This document shows positions 26,801-35,324 of a DNA stretch of 64,000 nt, one piece after another. The DNA lies in contig JAEZEQ010000065.1 of the NCBI GenBank assembly GCA_023432985.1, positions 12 through 64,011 of the forward strand, in the 5' to 3' direction. The notes beneath the pieces are model-generated. The model made no database searches and was not told the origin of the DNA. It saw nothing but the letters and a program-made list of their open reading frames with translations. The DNA is from Bacteroidota bacterium. GTDB taxonomy: Bacteria > Bacteroidota > Bacteroidia > CAIKAF01. Made by a program: the position numbers and the translations under genes. Positions within the stretch are counted from its first letter, which is position 1; every line of letters begins with the position of its first letter.

Positions 26801-28061
26801 ACCCGGCTTTGCGAATGTGGGTGTAAATGCTGCGGGTACCTATAGTTTGGTCATCATTCAAAATGGTTGTAGTTCGGCTGTATCTACGGTGGACGTGACT
26901 ATTTTAGCCGCTCCGGCCGCTCCTGTTTTATCCTCCAATAGTCCCGTTTGTGAAGGAGAAACGCTCGAATTATTTTCCGATCAGTCACTGGGATTGTATT
27001 GGTTAGGCCCCAATATGTGGGTGTCCACCGATCAGAATCCGCAAATTAGTCCCTCCAATACAAGTCACTCCGGAGCCTATTCCGCCGTTGTATATAATGG
27101 AACTTGTACCTCTGCCGTGGCGCAGATAAATGTTGTTGTGAATCCCATTCCGCCAACGCCTGTACTTACACCGCAACTTGAAGTATGTATAGGAAGTGAT
27201 CTTCAGTTGAATGCACCCTCCGGAGCCAATTATCAATATTTTTGGAGTGGGCCAAACGGGTTCAGCAGCAATCAGCAAAATCCATCATTCCCGGTTACGG
27301 ATATTTCTGCATCGGGTATATATAACCTGCTTATAGTCGCCAACGGATGTAGTTCCCAAATCGCAAGTACAAACGTGACCGTACTGAGCGGAGTTTCGGA
27401 TTTGGTTACAGGAGCCGTTTGTAACGGAGAAATTTTTACGCATAACGGTATTAGCTATGCTACGCCGGGAACCTATACCCAGGTCTACCCCGGATCAAAC
27501 GGATGCGATAGTACCATTTATATTCAGGTGAATCAATTGCCTTCGCCTATTGCCGGTTTCTTGGTTCCTTCAAGCGTATCGGCACTAAACCCTACCGTTA
27601 CACTCAACGATAATTCCATAAACGGAATGGAGGTATATTATAACTGGGCAGGAGGCACTGTAAATGGGAATAATCCGACCATTACATTCCCGGGAGCAGG
27701 ACTTTACGAGATAACTCAATATGTACAAAATGGAAGCTGTATCGATTCTACCGTGCGCACCGTAAACGTAGTGGCCGAATCCTATGTATTCATTCCCAAT
27801 GCATTTACGCCTGGGAAAGATGATTTGAATGATAGCTTCAAACCTATTATTCCTTTGGTGGAACAATTTACCATGTATATTTTCAACCGGTGGGGCGAAA
27901 TGGTTTACAAAAGCGATAATATTTATGAAGGATGGAACGGTGGCTTCCAAAATAGTCCCGATAAACTTGTAGAAAGTGGCGTTTATGTATACAAAATCAG
28001 CTATAAAGCCTTGGAAGGAAAATGGCAGGAACTATACGGACATGTAACCTTAATTAGATAA
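23892..28061 (+). CDS. Large (~1390 aa) secreted cell-surface adhesin-like protein with eight tandem ~80-aa Ig-like Cys-containing repeats and a T9SS type-B (gliding-motility-associated) C-terminal domain
   Basis: Signal peptide MQFKKLSVLFILVLLSSFPLLAQS. Repeats of the form PxxPxLxSNxPxCxGxTLNLTSN...W(S/T)GPNGFSSTxQNP...GTYSAY...GC(T/S)S...V(N/T)V. C-terminal SYVFIPNAFTPGKDDLNDSFKPI...YVYKI is the T9SS type-B CTD. The track ORF extends 141 nt upstream of the likely start. Confidence 0.85.
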   Translation: MQFKKLSVLFILVLLSSFPLLAQSNADGMEAKRFNYTQLAEVPPRVPGQHPEEGKLPYNAPCVDCVEDISARKVDYRLFRGTGSDAGLVYSQSGYGAIHIDKNGEWISIDPRLRAIAPGKYGAPDQYFPTEIDFINKYSAIKNPSGTFVYNRKLQLWHVFNGQESLLADADYSNYTVGADGAYVQNIFPGIDLEMRVGMGNIKTNFIVKERPTLESGKWIIRDETLLPSGWKMQVEDGNIEVLNGNNEVEFTIDRAFGYDNSERLNGVQLFDYNIDGSVLDLEISLADISAAGMVYPYIIDPLVNSAASLPQASITGSGYGASCFTGYCSYNLNVPTPPNAVLVDVLWSFNYIATGLCWLDEGAVTFHTGSCISPNQAGYYWFCNSIGGGTCTGSNISIFNHFSSCLPGPSCTSQNLNVQMRFYRCYSSGAGCSNACIASGSPWTMTIVGRTVEPTTITANGASSATVCSGAPVVLNANGAYGVPPYTYTWNPGNVNGNPVTVNPTSSGAYTVTITDACGITATQSVNVNVLPGPTPPVLSSNGPLCVGQTLNLTSNVGGNIHWSGPNGFSSTLQNPVITNVGIAASGTYSAYIIGANGCTSTVSTVNVVVNAIPAAPVLGSNSPVCVGQTINLTSNAAGMQWSGPNSFSSTLQNPTLASATAAMAGVYSGYSVVNGCTSATSTHSVVVNPQPVAPTISSNSPICSGQTLNLTSNAASGMQWSGPNGFTATTQNPSIPNATTAASGTYSAYVATAGCTSATATINVVVNTTPTAPTLGSNSPLCAGQTLNLTSNAVGTVWSGPSAYSSTQQNPSIGNVATTNGGTYSAYVVANGCTSQTSTVNVVVNPVPAAPTLTSNTPLCSGDDLNLTSNYASGMQWTGPNGFSSTLQNPVISPANTSHTGTYTAYNVALGCTSANSTVQVNVNAIPPTPVATANGPLCAGETLQLNSNMSSGNNWWGPNGFTSTMQQPGFANVGVNAAGTYSLVIIQNGCSSAVSTVDVTILAAPAAPVLSSNSPVCEGETLELFSDQSLGLYWLGPNMWVSTDQNPQISPSNTSHSGAYSAVVYNGTCTSAVAQINVVVNPIPPTPVLTPQLEVCIGSDLQLNAPSGANYQYFWSGPNGFSSNQQNPSFPVTDISASGIYNLLIVANGCSSQIASTNVTVLSGVSDLVTGAVCNGEIFTHNGISYATPGTYTQVYPGSNGCDSTIYIQVNQLPSPIAGFLVPSSVSALNPTVTLNDNSINGMEVYYNWAGGTVNGNNPTITFPGAGLYEITQYVQNGSCIDSTVRTVNVVAESYVFIPNAFTPGKDDLNDSFKPIIPLVEQFTMYIFNRWGEMVYKSDNIYEGWNGGFQNSPDKLVESGVYVYKISYKALEGKWQELYGHVTLIR
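25488..27386. repeat. Eight in-frame tandem DNA repeats of about 237-240 bp inside the adhesin gene
   Basis: The period is visible at both DNA and protein level, for example AATCTTACTTCGAATG at 25553 and its cognate at 25793. Minus-strand ORFs 25209-27278 lie wholly in this repeat and are judged spurious. Confidence 0.85.
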
Positions 28062-28063
28062 AT

Positions 28064-28099
28064 AAAAAAAACCACAAAGTAGATTTGTGGTTTTTTTTA
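28064..28099. terminator. Bidirectional intrinsic terminator
   Basis: A7-ACCACAAA(gtag)ATTTGTGGT-T8. Confidence 0.8.
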
Positions 28100-28122
28100 T
28101 ATCTGTGTGTAGATGAAAAAAA

Positions 28123-28533
28123 TTACTTGATTTGTATGTTTTTCGAAGCCGGTTCGCTTACCTTGCGCGTCAATTCCAATTTCAAAATTCCATTTTCATA
28201 ACTTGCTTCTATATCGTCTTCTTTGATTTCGGAAGGCAATGAAAAGCTTCTCTCGAAAGAAGATTTAGAGAATTCGCGACGCGTATATTTTTCGCTTTGC
28301 TCTTTTTTATTCTCTACATGTTCACCCTTAATTCTCAAAATGCGATTCTCTACCAAAATGCTGAATTCCTCTTTCGAAAAGCCGGGTACAGCCAATTCAA
28401 TAGCATAGCCTTTTTCCGTTTCCTGAATATTTACAGGCGCTTTGAAACTATAAGGCATTTCGTTTTCGAAGAAATCCTCCATCAAACGATTAAATGGAGA
28501 TAAGTTCTGTGTTTTAAATCTGATCGGATACAT
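28123..28533 (-). CDS. Hsp20/alpha-crystallin family small heat-shock protein
   Basis: Alpha-crystallin domain ending ...EIKEDDIEASYENGILKLELTRK. Start chosen at MYPIRF, so the track ORF is trimmed by 13 codons. Confidence 0.8.
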   Translation of the reverse strand: MYPIRFKTQNLSPFNRLMEDFFENEMPYSFKAPVNIQETEKGYAIELAVPGFSKEEFSILVENRILRIKGEHVENKKEQSEKYTRREFSKSSFERSFSLPSEIKEDDIEASYENGILKLELTRKVSEPASKNIQIK

Positions 28534-28911
28534 AATTTTAATATTTTTTACAGGGAAAGTTACAAATCTCATTCCATTGATAAAAATCTGACAAATAGTC
28601 GTTTAGGGCTAAACTATCCCGACAAAATGGCGTAAAAAAATCTTATTCAATGTCAATTTTTCAGGAAAGTAAAACGAGAAAGCAATTATAACTTTGTGGA
28701 GTAAAAAATAGGCTTTGTTTTGCGCGTATGAATCGCATTAAAGTCGCCCGCAAATTAGATGTAAAATTATTTTTGAAGGGTGTTTTTCGGGGAGCAGGAG
28801 CAATTTTTTTAAGAAAAAAGGGTTTTTAAAAAGCCTAAAAAAGGCTTACTGACCCCATATTTTTAGGAATAAAAAAGCCAATAGCGTCGAAAAATTATGT
28901 AAAATTGTGCT

Positions 28912-30126
28912 ATGTATAACAAGAATTGGAAGTTCCGACTATTGCTCTGTATGAGTATTTGGGTAATGTCTTGCGGCAGGGCTCAGGTGAATACCGAACA
29001 AAGCGAAAAGCACACACTAATGCCCGGTGTAGCTGCCGAACGTACGGATTTATATTTAGCGCTCTTGCAGAACAAACGGGTGGGCGTTATCGCCAATCAG
29101 ACTAGTGTAATTGGTAAGACGCATTTGGTCGACAGTCTCCTGGCTCTTGGGGTGAATATTGTGAAAGTATTCGGACCCGAACATGGCTTTAGAGGAAATC
29201 ATGCCGACGGAGCTCATATCAAAAGCGAAGTGGATAGTAAGACCTCTTTGCCTGTGATTTCGCTCTATGGGCAGAATAAAAAACCAACGAGCGAACAATT
29301 GAAAGATATAGACATACTCCTCTTCGATATTCAAGATGTAGGATGTCGTTTTTATACCTATATCAGTACGATGAGCTATGCTATGGAAGCCGCAGCCGAG
29401 AAAGGAATTCCTTTTTTGGTACTCGATCGCCCGAATCCGAACGGTTTTTATGTAGACGGACCGGTATTGGAAAAAGGCTTCGAAAGCTTTGTGGGACTAC
29501 ATCCTGTGCCCATAGTGCATGGAATGACCGTGGGTGAATATGCGCAAATGGTGAATGGAGAAGGCTGGTTGAAAAATGGAATAAAATGCAGCCTGATTGT
29601 AATACCATGCCAAGCCTATACACACAAAAGTCTGTATCGCTTACCCATTGCTCCTTCTCCCAATTTACCCGGCATGGAAAGCATTTATTTATATCCTACC
29701 CTCTGTTTGTTCGAAGGTACCGATGTGAGCATAGGCAGGGGAACCGATAGGCCATTCGAATTGATGGGCGCGCCCTGGTGGAAGGCCGGAAATTATTCCT
29801 TTACACCCAAATCAATACCGGGCGTAAGCGATAATCCCAAATTCAAAAACACAACCTGCTACGGATACAATTTGCACGATTTTGCAGAGGTAGTAAGGGG
29901 CTTGCGGACCTTGTATATTTTTTGGGTAATCGATGCCTATCAAAATGCTCCGGATAAGTCCACTTTTTTCACCAGTTATTTCAATAAATTAGCCGGTACA
30001 GCCAAATTAAAAGAACAGATTATTGCCGGAAAATCTGAAGAAGAAATCAAAGCAAGCTGGAAACCCGGCTTGGATCAATTTAAGAAAATCAGAAAAAAAT
30101 ATTTATTATATCCTGATTTTGAATAA
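28912..30126 (+). CDS. DUF1343 family protein (YzbB/NamZ-like exo-muramidase family), lipoprotein
   Basis: Lipobox VMSCG; RVGVIANQTSVIGKTHLVDSLLALGVNIVKVFGPEHGFRG is the DUF1343 N-terminal signature. Confidence 0.75.
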   Translation: MYNKNWKFRLLLCMSIWVMSCGRAQVNTEQSEKHTLMPGVAAERTDLYLALLQNKRVGVIANQTSVIGKTHLVDSLLALGVNIVKVFGPEHGFRGNHADGAHIKSEVDSKTSLPVISLYGQNKKPTSEQLKDIDILLFDIQDVGCRFYTYISTMSYAMEAAAEKGIPFLVLDRPNPNGFYVDGPVLEKGFESFVGLHPVPIVHGMTVGEYAQMVNGEGWLKNGIKCSLIVIPCQAYTHKSLYRLPIAPSPNLPGMESIYLYPTLCLFEGTDVSIGRGTDRPFELMGAPWWKAGNYSFTPKSIPGVSDNPKFKNTTCYGYNLHDFAEVVRGLRTLYIFWVIDAYQNAPDKSTFFTSYFNKLAGTAKLKEQIIAGKSEEEIKASWKPGLDQFKKIRKKYLLYPDFE

Positions 30127-30134
30127 AATAAAAA

Positions 30135-31586
30135 ATGGGAAACACAGATATTTTAAATTATATAAACGGCGAATTTGTTGAGCCTGTATCGGGTAAATAC
30201 CTCGATAATATTGCACCTGCAACGGGAAAAATAAGCGGTAAGATTCCTGCTTCAGGCGAGGCGGATTGTGATCGGGCTTATGCGGCTGCAAGGGATGCAT
30301 TCCCGGCGTGGAGTGCTATGCCGGCGCAGGAACGAAGTGCCATTTTATTGCGTTTGGCGAATCTGATTGAGGCCAATAAGGAAAAGTTGGCTATTGCCGA
30401 AAGCGAAGATTCCGGAAAGCCGCTTTGGCTTACACGCAGCGTTGATATTATGCGGGCATCGGCCAATATTAAATTTTTTGCCGAAAGTATATTGCATGTT
30501 TTTTCAGAAAGTCACGCCCTGCCCGGCGAAGCCATTAATTTCACCTTACGTCAGCCCATTGGCGTTGTGGCTTGTATTTCGCCGTGGAATTTGCCCTTGT
30601 ATTTGTTTACATGGAAAATTGCACCCGCCCTGGCAACGGGAAATACGGTTGTTGCTAAACCGAGCGAAGTGACGCCGCTCACCGCTTATCTCTTTTCGCA
30701 ACTTTGTGTGGAAGCCGGATTGCCTCCGGGGGTATTGAATGTATTGCACGGACATGGTGCCGAAATCGGAAAAGCTATGGTAGCGCATCCGGGAATTAAA
30801 GCCATTTCTTTTACAGGGGGTACAAGCACAGGGCGCGAAATTGCACGGGTTGCAGCCCCTATGTTTAAAAAATTAAGCCTGGAATTGGGCGGGAAAAATC
30901 CCAATATTATATTTAGTGATTGCGATTTTGACCAGGCAGTGAAACAATCCATTCGTGCTGCGTTTACAAATCAAGGTCAGATTTGCCTCTGCGGAAGCCG
31001 CATTTTTGTAGAAAGAAGCATCTACGAAAAATTTAAAACAGCATTTGTGCAAGAGGTGAAAAATATTAAAGTGGGGAATCCTATGGATGATGCCCATTTT
31101 ATGGGAGCCATGGTCTCCGAAGCCCATTTAGAAAAAGTATTGCATTATATAGAACTGGCGAAGGAAGAGGGTGGAAAAATCCTTTGTGGAGGGAATCGTT
31201 TGCGTTTGAACGATGAATGGGCCGGTGGGTTTTATTTGGAACCAACGGTTATTGATGGTTTGGCGGCAGATTGTCGTACCACCACCGAAGAAATTTTCGG
31301 ACCGGTGGTCACCATCACACCCTTCGATAGCGAAGAAGAAGCACTCCAATTTGCCAATGGGACGGAATACGGACTGGCAGCCATGGTGTGGACATCCAAC
31401 CTTTCACGGGCGCATCGCGTAGCCGAAAAACTGCAATCGGGAATCGTGTGGATCAATTGCTGGATGCTGCGAGATCTGAGAACCCCGTTTGGGGGAGTGA
31501 AACAGAGTGGGGTAGGACGCGAAGGCGGCTGGGAAGCACTACGCTTTTTTACGGAAGCCAAAAATGTCTGCATAAAGTATAGCTGA
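30135..31586 (+). CDS. NAD(P)-dependent aldehyde dehydrogenase
   Basis: Catalytic Glu motif LELGGKNP and catalytic Cys motif GQICLCGSR; 483 aa. Confidence 0.85.
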   Translation: MGNTDILNYINGEFVEPVSGKYLDNIAPATGKISGKIPASGEADCDRAYAAARDAFPAWSAMPAQERSAILLRLANLIEANKEKLAIAESEDSGKPLWLTRSVDIMRASANIKFFAESILHVFSESHALPGEAINFTLRQPIGVVACISPWNLPLYLFTWKIAPALATGNTVVAKPSEVTPLTAYLFSQLCVEAGLPPGVLNVLHGHGAEIGKAMVAHPGIKAISFTGGTSTGREIARVAAPMFKKLSLELGGKNPNIIFSDCDFDQAVKQSIRAAFTNQGQICLCGSRIFVERSIYEKFKTAFVQEVKNIKVGNPMDDAHFMGAMVSEAHLEKVLHYIELAKEEGGKILCGGNRLRLNDEWAGGFYLEPTVIDGLAADCRTTTEEIFGPVVTITPFDSEEEALQFANGTEYGLAAMVWTSNLSRAHRVAEKLQSGIVWINCWMLRDLRTPFGGVKQSGVGREGGWEALRFFTEAKNVCIKYS

Positions 31587-31628
31587 AACTAAAACTGATT
31601 AAAAACAAGCCCGTTAAAACAGGAAAAA

Positions 31629-32564
31629 TTATTCTTGCTCGAGCTCTTTTTGTTGCAATCTATACCACTTAATACCGCTGTTGAGCTCGTTTCCTACTAT
31701 TAGCGACATACAGTTTACATAGATAAAAACCAGTAAAATCGGAATGGTGCCTATGGCGCCGTAAATGCTGTTGTAGCGATCGAAATTGCTGAAGAAAAAG
31801 GATACTCCCCAGGATGCCAAAAGGGCAATTATGGTGCTCAATAATGCCCCGGGAGAAAAGAAGCGCGGGCGGTATTTACGTACAGGCACCACCAGATAAA
31901 AGAGCGACATGGATGCATATACCAAAGAAAAAAGTATAATGTATTTTGCGCTATTCAGGACGATTAGATTCCACCATACATTTTCTTGAGGTTGCAATTG
32001 TCCTAATATCAGATTGGATGTAGCAAAAATAAAAATCAGAAGCGTAATGAGCAGGAACAGGGTCAGAAGCATTAAAAAGGAAATGCCTCTTAATTGTGCA
32101 TTACTGCGGGTTTCGGTGATATTGGCGCTGGTATTCATAGCCCGTATCAATGCCATTAAACCGTTCGTACTGAAATAGGCGGCAAATACCACAGATACGG
32201 AAAGTAAGCCCTTATTGCTTTGTAATACAACATGCGCAATGGTGTCGTACAGAAGAGTACTCACCTGCGGAGGCATAATGGCGCTGTATATATTGAGCAG
32301 TTTATCCTGAAAACCTTCAATGGGAATAAAGGGAATAAGCGTACATAGAAAAAGTAGGGTGGGAAAAAGAGCCATGAAAAAAGTAAATGTAGCAGCTGCT
32401 GCACGATCCCGAATCGAGTTTTCGGTCAGACCCACATAGAAAGTGCGTACTACATAATAAATGGGAATCCCCTCGAAACCGGGGAGACTGCGCTTTTTCA
32501 TTTGCATGAGAAACATGCGCACTAAGGGTATTTTTAATATGTATCGGCTGAAGTATTTCAGCAT
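31629..32564 (-). CDS. YihY/BrkB family inner membrane protein
   Basis: 311 aa polytopic protein; the loop pattern (FEGIPIYYVVRTFYVGLTENSIRDRAAAATFTFFMALFP) is typical of YihY. Confidence 0.75.
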   Translation of the reverse strand: MLKYFSRYILKIPLVRMFLMQMKKRSLPGFEGIPIYYVVRTFYVGLTENSIRDRAAAATFTFFMALFPTLLFLCTLIPFIPIEGFQDKLLNIYSAIMPPQVSTLLYDTIAHVVLQSNKGLLSVSVVFAAYFSTNGLMALIRAMNTSANITETRSNAQLRGISFLMLLTLFLLITLLIFIFATSNLILGQLQPQENVWWNLIVLNSAKYIILFSLVYASMSLFYLVVPVRKYRPRFFSPGALLSTIIALLASWGVSFFFSNFDRYNSIYGAIGTIPILLVFIYVNCMSLIVGNELNSGIKWYRLQQKELEQE

Positions 32565-32566
32565 AA

Positions 32567-33403
32567 TTATATGGCTTTCAGACTCAAGTCGAGACTTTTG
32601 ATGCTGTGGGTCAGAGCGCCAACCGAAATGAAATCTACACCACTTAAGGCATATTCCAATATATTGTGCTCGGTAATACCTCCGCTGGCCTCTGTTTCAT
32701 AACGACCTTTTATTTTATTTACCGCTTTTTCTACATTGGCCGGCGTGAAATTATCGAGCATAATCCGATCTACACCTCCGTGTTTTAAAACCGTATCTAA
32801 TTCGTTAAAGTCTCTTACCTCAATTTCTATTTTAAGCGATTTTTTATGCTTTTTTAAATAGGCATTAATCTTGTCTATGGCATTGGGAATACCCCCCGCG
32901 AAGTCGATATGATTGTCTTTGATCATGATCATATCATATAGGCCGAAGCGGTGATTGTATCCACCGCCAATGCGAACCGCTTCTTTTTCTAAAAAACGAA
33001 GCAAAGGCGTGGTTTTACGGGTATCGAGCAAACGGGCTTTGGTGGGTTTTATAATTTCGGATAAAGCATTGGTCTTGGTGGCAATGGCACTCATGCGCTG
33101 CATTATGTTCAATACGGTACGCTCCATGCTGAGTATACTGCGCGAACTGCCCTCTACTATAAATACTTTATCGCCTTTTTTTACTTTAGTCCCATCGGGA
33201 ATAAGCAATTCAACTTTCAGATTTTTATCGTATAAACGAAACAATTCCTCGGCTATAGAAACACCGGCAATAATACCCGGTTCCTTCACCAATAATTGCG
33301 CCTTACCCTTGGCATTGGCAGGAATGGTGGCTAAACTGGTATGATCTCCATCGCCAATATCCTCTTGCAAAACACGGGTTAGAAAGTCTTTTAGTGCATC
33401 CAT
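32567..33403 (-). CDS. nadC: Nicotinate-nucleotide pyrophosphorylase (carboxylating) / quinolinate phosphoribosyltransferase
   Basis: 278 aa; the motifs LLDTRKTTPLLR and MLDNF are typical of NadC. Confidence 0.85.
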   Translation of the reverse strand: MDALKDFLTRVLQEDIGDGDHTSLATIPANAKGKAQLLVKEPGIIAGVSIAEELFRLYDKNLKVELLIPDGTKVKKGDKVFIVEGSSRSILSMERTVLNIMQRMSAIATKTNALSEIIKPTKARLLDTRKTTPLLRFLEKEAVRIGGGYNHRFGLYDMIMIKDNHIDFAGGIPNAIDKINAYLKKHKKSLKIEIEVRDFNELDTVLKHGGVDRIMLDNFTPANVEKAVNKIKGRYETEASGGITEHNILEYALSGVDFISVGALTHSIKSLDLSLKAI

Positions 33404-33439
33404 TTCGAAATGATTTGCACGAAGATACCAAAAATTCGC

Positions 33440-33814
33440 CTATTCTTTCTCGATTTTAAAACTGTGGATAAGGTCCGAACTGCCCTCTTTTCTGAAATAA
33501 ACAGTTACCCTCCAAGTCTGACCTTTGCTGCTTAAATTTCCAATGATGAATTTGGAATTGGCCGCCTCACTTTTGTGTTTTTGAGTAAATGTGGCGGGTT
33601 TAATCTTGGCAAAAAAATCTCTTACCATTATTGTAGCCTGCGATTTGCCATACATGCCTTCTTTTTCATCCATCTCAAGCTCCACATTGTTCGCGAAATA
33701 CGCGCTCAAAGCCTCTGCATCATTCTTCGAAAGTGCATCCGAAACTTGTGCAATTTGGGCTTGCATACTAAAGGTGATGAATAAAAGAATAAAAAGTGAA
33801 GTGATTTTTTTCAT
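33440..33814 (-). CDS. Secreted DUF4783-like small protein
   Basis: Signal peptide, 124 aa; the family assignment is from memory of its synteny next to rlmH. Confidence 0.45.
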   Translation of the reverse strand: MKKITSLFILLFITFSMQAQIAQVSDALSKNDAEALSAYFANNVELEMDEKEGMYGKSQATIMVRDFFAKIKPATFTQKHKSEAANSKFIIGNLSSKGQTWRVTVYFRKEGSSDLIHSFKIEKE

Positions 33815-33848
33815 TATTTTAGTTGCTTGTTAGTTACTTTGTAATCTT

Positions 33849-34322
33849 ATGCTAATTGAATTATTGTCTTTAGGAAAAACACAGGACGAAGAAATACAAC
33901 GTCTTCTTCAATCATATCACAAAAAGCTTGCCAAATATGGGAAATTTATTTCAATTGAAAAAGAGGTGGGCGGACTTAAAAAGAATCATGGACAGACCGA
34001 AAGAAAGGAAATTGAAGGCCGGTTTATTTTAGATTATATTAAGACTGAAGATTATGTGATTTTGCTCGACGAAAACGGGAAAGCCTATAACTCCGAAAAA
34101 TTTGCCGCACATTTGCAAAAATGCCTCAATAAAGGCGGAAAGAGAATTTTGTTTATCATAGGCGGTCCATACGGCTTCTCGGAAAAAGTATACCTTAGAG
34201 CTAATGAAAAATTGGCTCTGTCAGAAATGACTTTTACCCACCAAATGGTGCGCCTCTTTTTTACCGAACAACTCTATAGAGCTTTTACTATTTTAAATAA
34301 TGAACCCTATCACCATAGTTAA
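33849..34322 (+). CDS. rlmH: 23S rRNA (pseudouridine1915-N3)-methyltransferase RlmH (SPOUT)
   Basis: 157 aa; ILFIIGGPYGFSEKV...LSEMTFTHQMVRL is the RlmH signature. Confidence 0.85.
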   Translation: MLIELLSLGKTQDEEIQRLLQSYHKKLAKYGKFISIEKEVGGLKKNHGQTERKEIEGRFILDYIKTEDYVILLDENGKAYNSEKFAAHLQKCLNKGGKRILFIIGGPYGFSEKVYLRANEKLALSEMTFTHQMVRLFFTEQLYRAFTILNNEPYHHS

Positions 34323-34988
34323 ATGACGCAATTCAAGAATATTATTTTCGACCTGGGTGGGGTGATTCTACCCATTGATTATAGCAAAATTATAGAGGGG
34401 TTTACTGCCATGGGTGGCCCTGCTGCAAGCGAGTTATACCAACAAGCTAAACAAGACCCTCTCTTCGATGCACTGGAAACAGGTAAATTGTCGGGCCCCG
34501 AATTTCTAACCCGATTGCAAAGCTATTTCCCCAATCATAGTCACGCCGATATTTTGAATGTATGGAATAGTATGCTCGGACAAATGCCGGCAAATAGACC
34601 CGCTCTGCTGGCTAAGGTGGCTAAACAATTTCGCATTTTCCTGCTCAGTAATACCAATGCTTTGCATCAAGCAGCTTTCGAAAAACAATGCAAAGAAAGT
34701 CTGGACCAAAATCTGACCGATTGGTTCGAAAATACCTATTATAGCCATATCGAAGGCTTTCGTAAACCCGATATCGCTATTTTTCAATTGGTCCTTCTCG
34801 AAAATAATCTCAATCCCCACCAAACGCTTTTTATCGAAGATAGTTTCCATAATGTACAAGGCGCATTGCAGGCACAAATCCCTACCCTCTACCTCAAGCC
34901 CGAATTGAAAATAGACCTGACAACTTTATTCGATTCGGATGGACGTTTATTGGAAGCCATTGCAGAACCCCTAATTTTATACCCATGA
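34323..34988 (+). CDS. HAD-superfamily hydrolase (subfamily IA)
   Basis: Motif I IIFDLGGVIL; a Ser/Thr-type motif at LLSNTN; Asp motif at FIEDS. Confidence 0.75.
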   Translation: MTQFKNIIFDLGGVILPIDYSKIIEGFTAMGGPAASELYQQAKQDPLFDALETGKLSGPEFLTRLQSYFPNHSHADILNVWNSMLGQMPANRPALLAKVAKQFRIFLLSNTNALHQAAFEKQCKESLDQNLTDWFENTYYSHIEGFRKPDIAIFQLVLLENNLNPHQTLFIEDSFHNVQGALQAQIPTLYLKPELKIDLTTLFDSDGRLLEAIAEPLILYP

Positions 34989-35323
34989 CACATAATTTAA
35001 GCCTGACCGATTGGCAGGAAGAAGTAGATAAATGGATCAAATCCTACGGCGTACGCTATTTTTCGGAACTGACTAATATGGCTGTTTTAACCGAAGAAGT
35101 GGGCGAACTGGCGCGCATTATGGCCCGAAAATATGGCGACCAATCTTTTAAAGAATCGGAAAAAAATGCCGATTTGGGCGACGAAATGGCCGATGTTCTA
35201 TGGGTTCTTATCTGTCTCGCCAATCAGACCGGAGTCGACTTGCAGGATGCCATGAAAAAAAATTTCGAAAAAAAAACCAAACGCGACGCCGATAGACATA
35301 ATCAGAATGATAAATTGAAATAA
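34985..35323 (+). CDS. MazG-like nucleotide pyrophosphohydrolase domain protein
   Basis: EEVGELARIM...ELADVLWVLICLAN paired EExxE/ExxD helices; 112 aa. Confidence 0.7.
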   Translation: MTHNLSLTDWQEEVDKWIKSYGVRYFSELTNMAVLTEEVGELARIMARKYGDQSFKESEKNADLGDEMADVLWVLICLANQTGVDLQDAMKKNFEKKTKRDADRHNQNDKLK

Positions 35324-35324
35324 T

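Noticed and set aside
25209-27278. Minus-strand ORFs of 75-123 aa inside the adhesin gene
   Set aside because: They lie entirely within the 8x tandem repeat on the antisense strand, are Arg/Cys/Thr-rich and of low complexity, and the sense frame carries a coherent 1390-aa protein with signal peptide and T9SS CTD.
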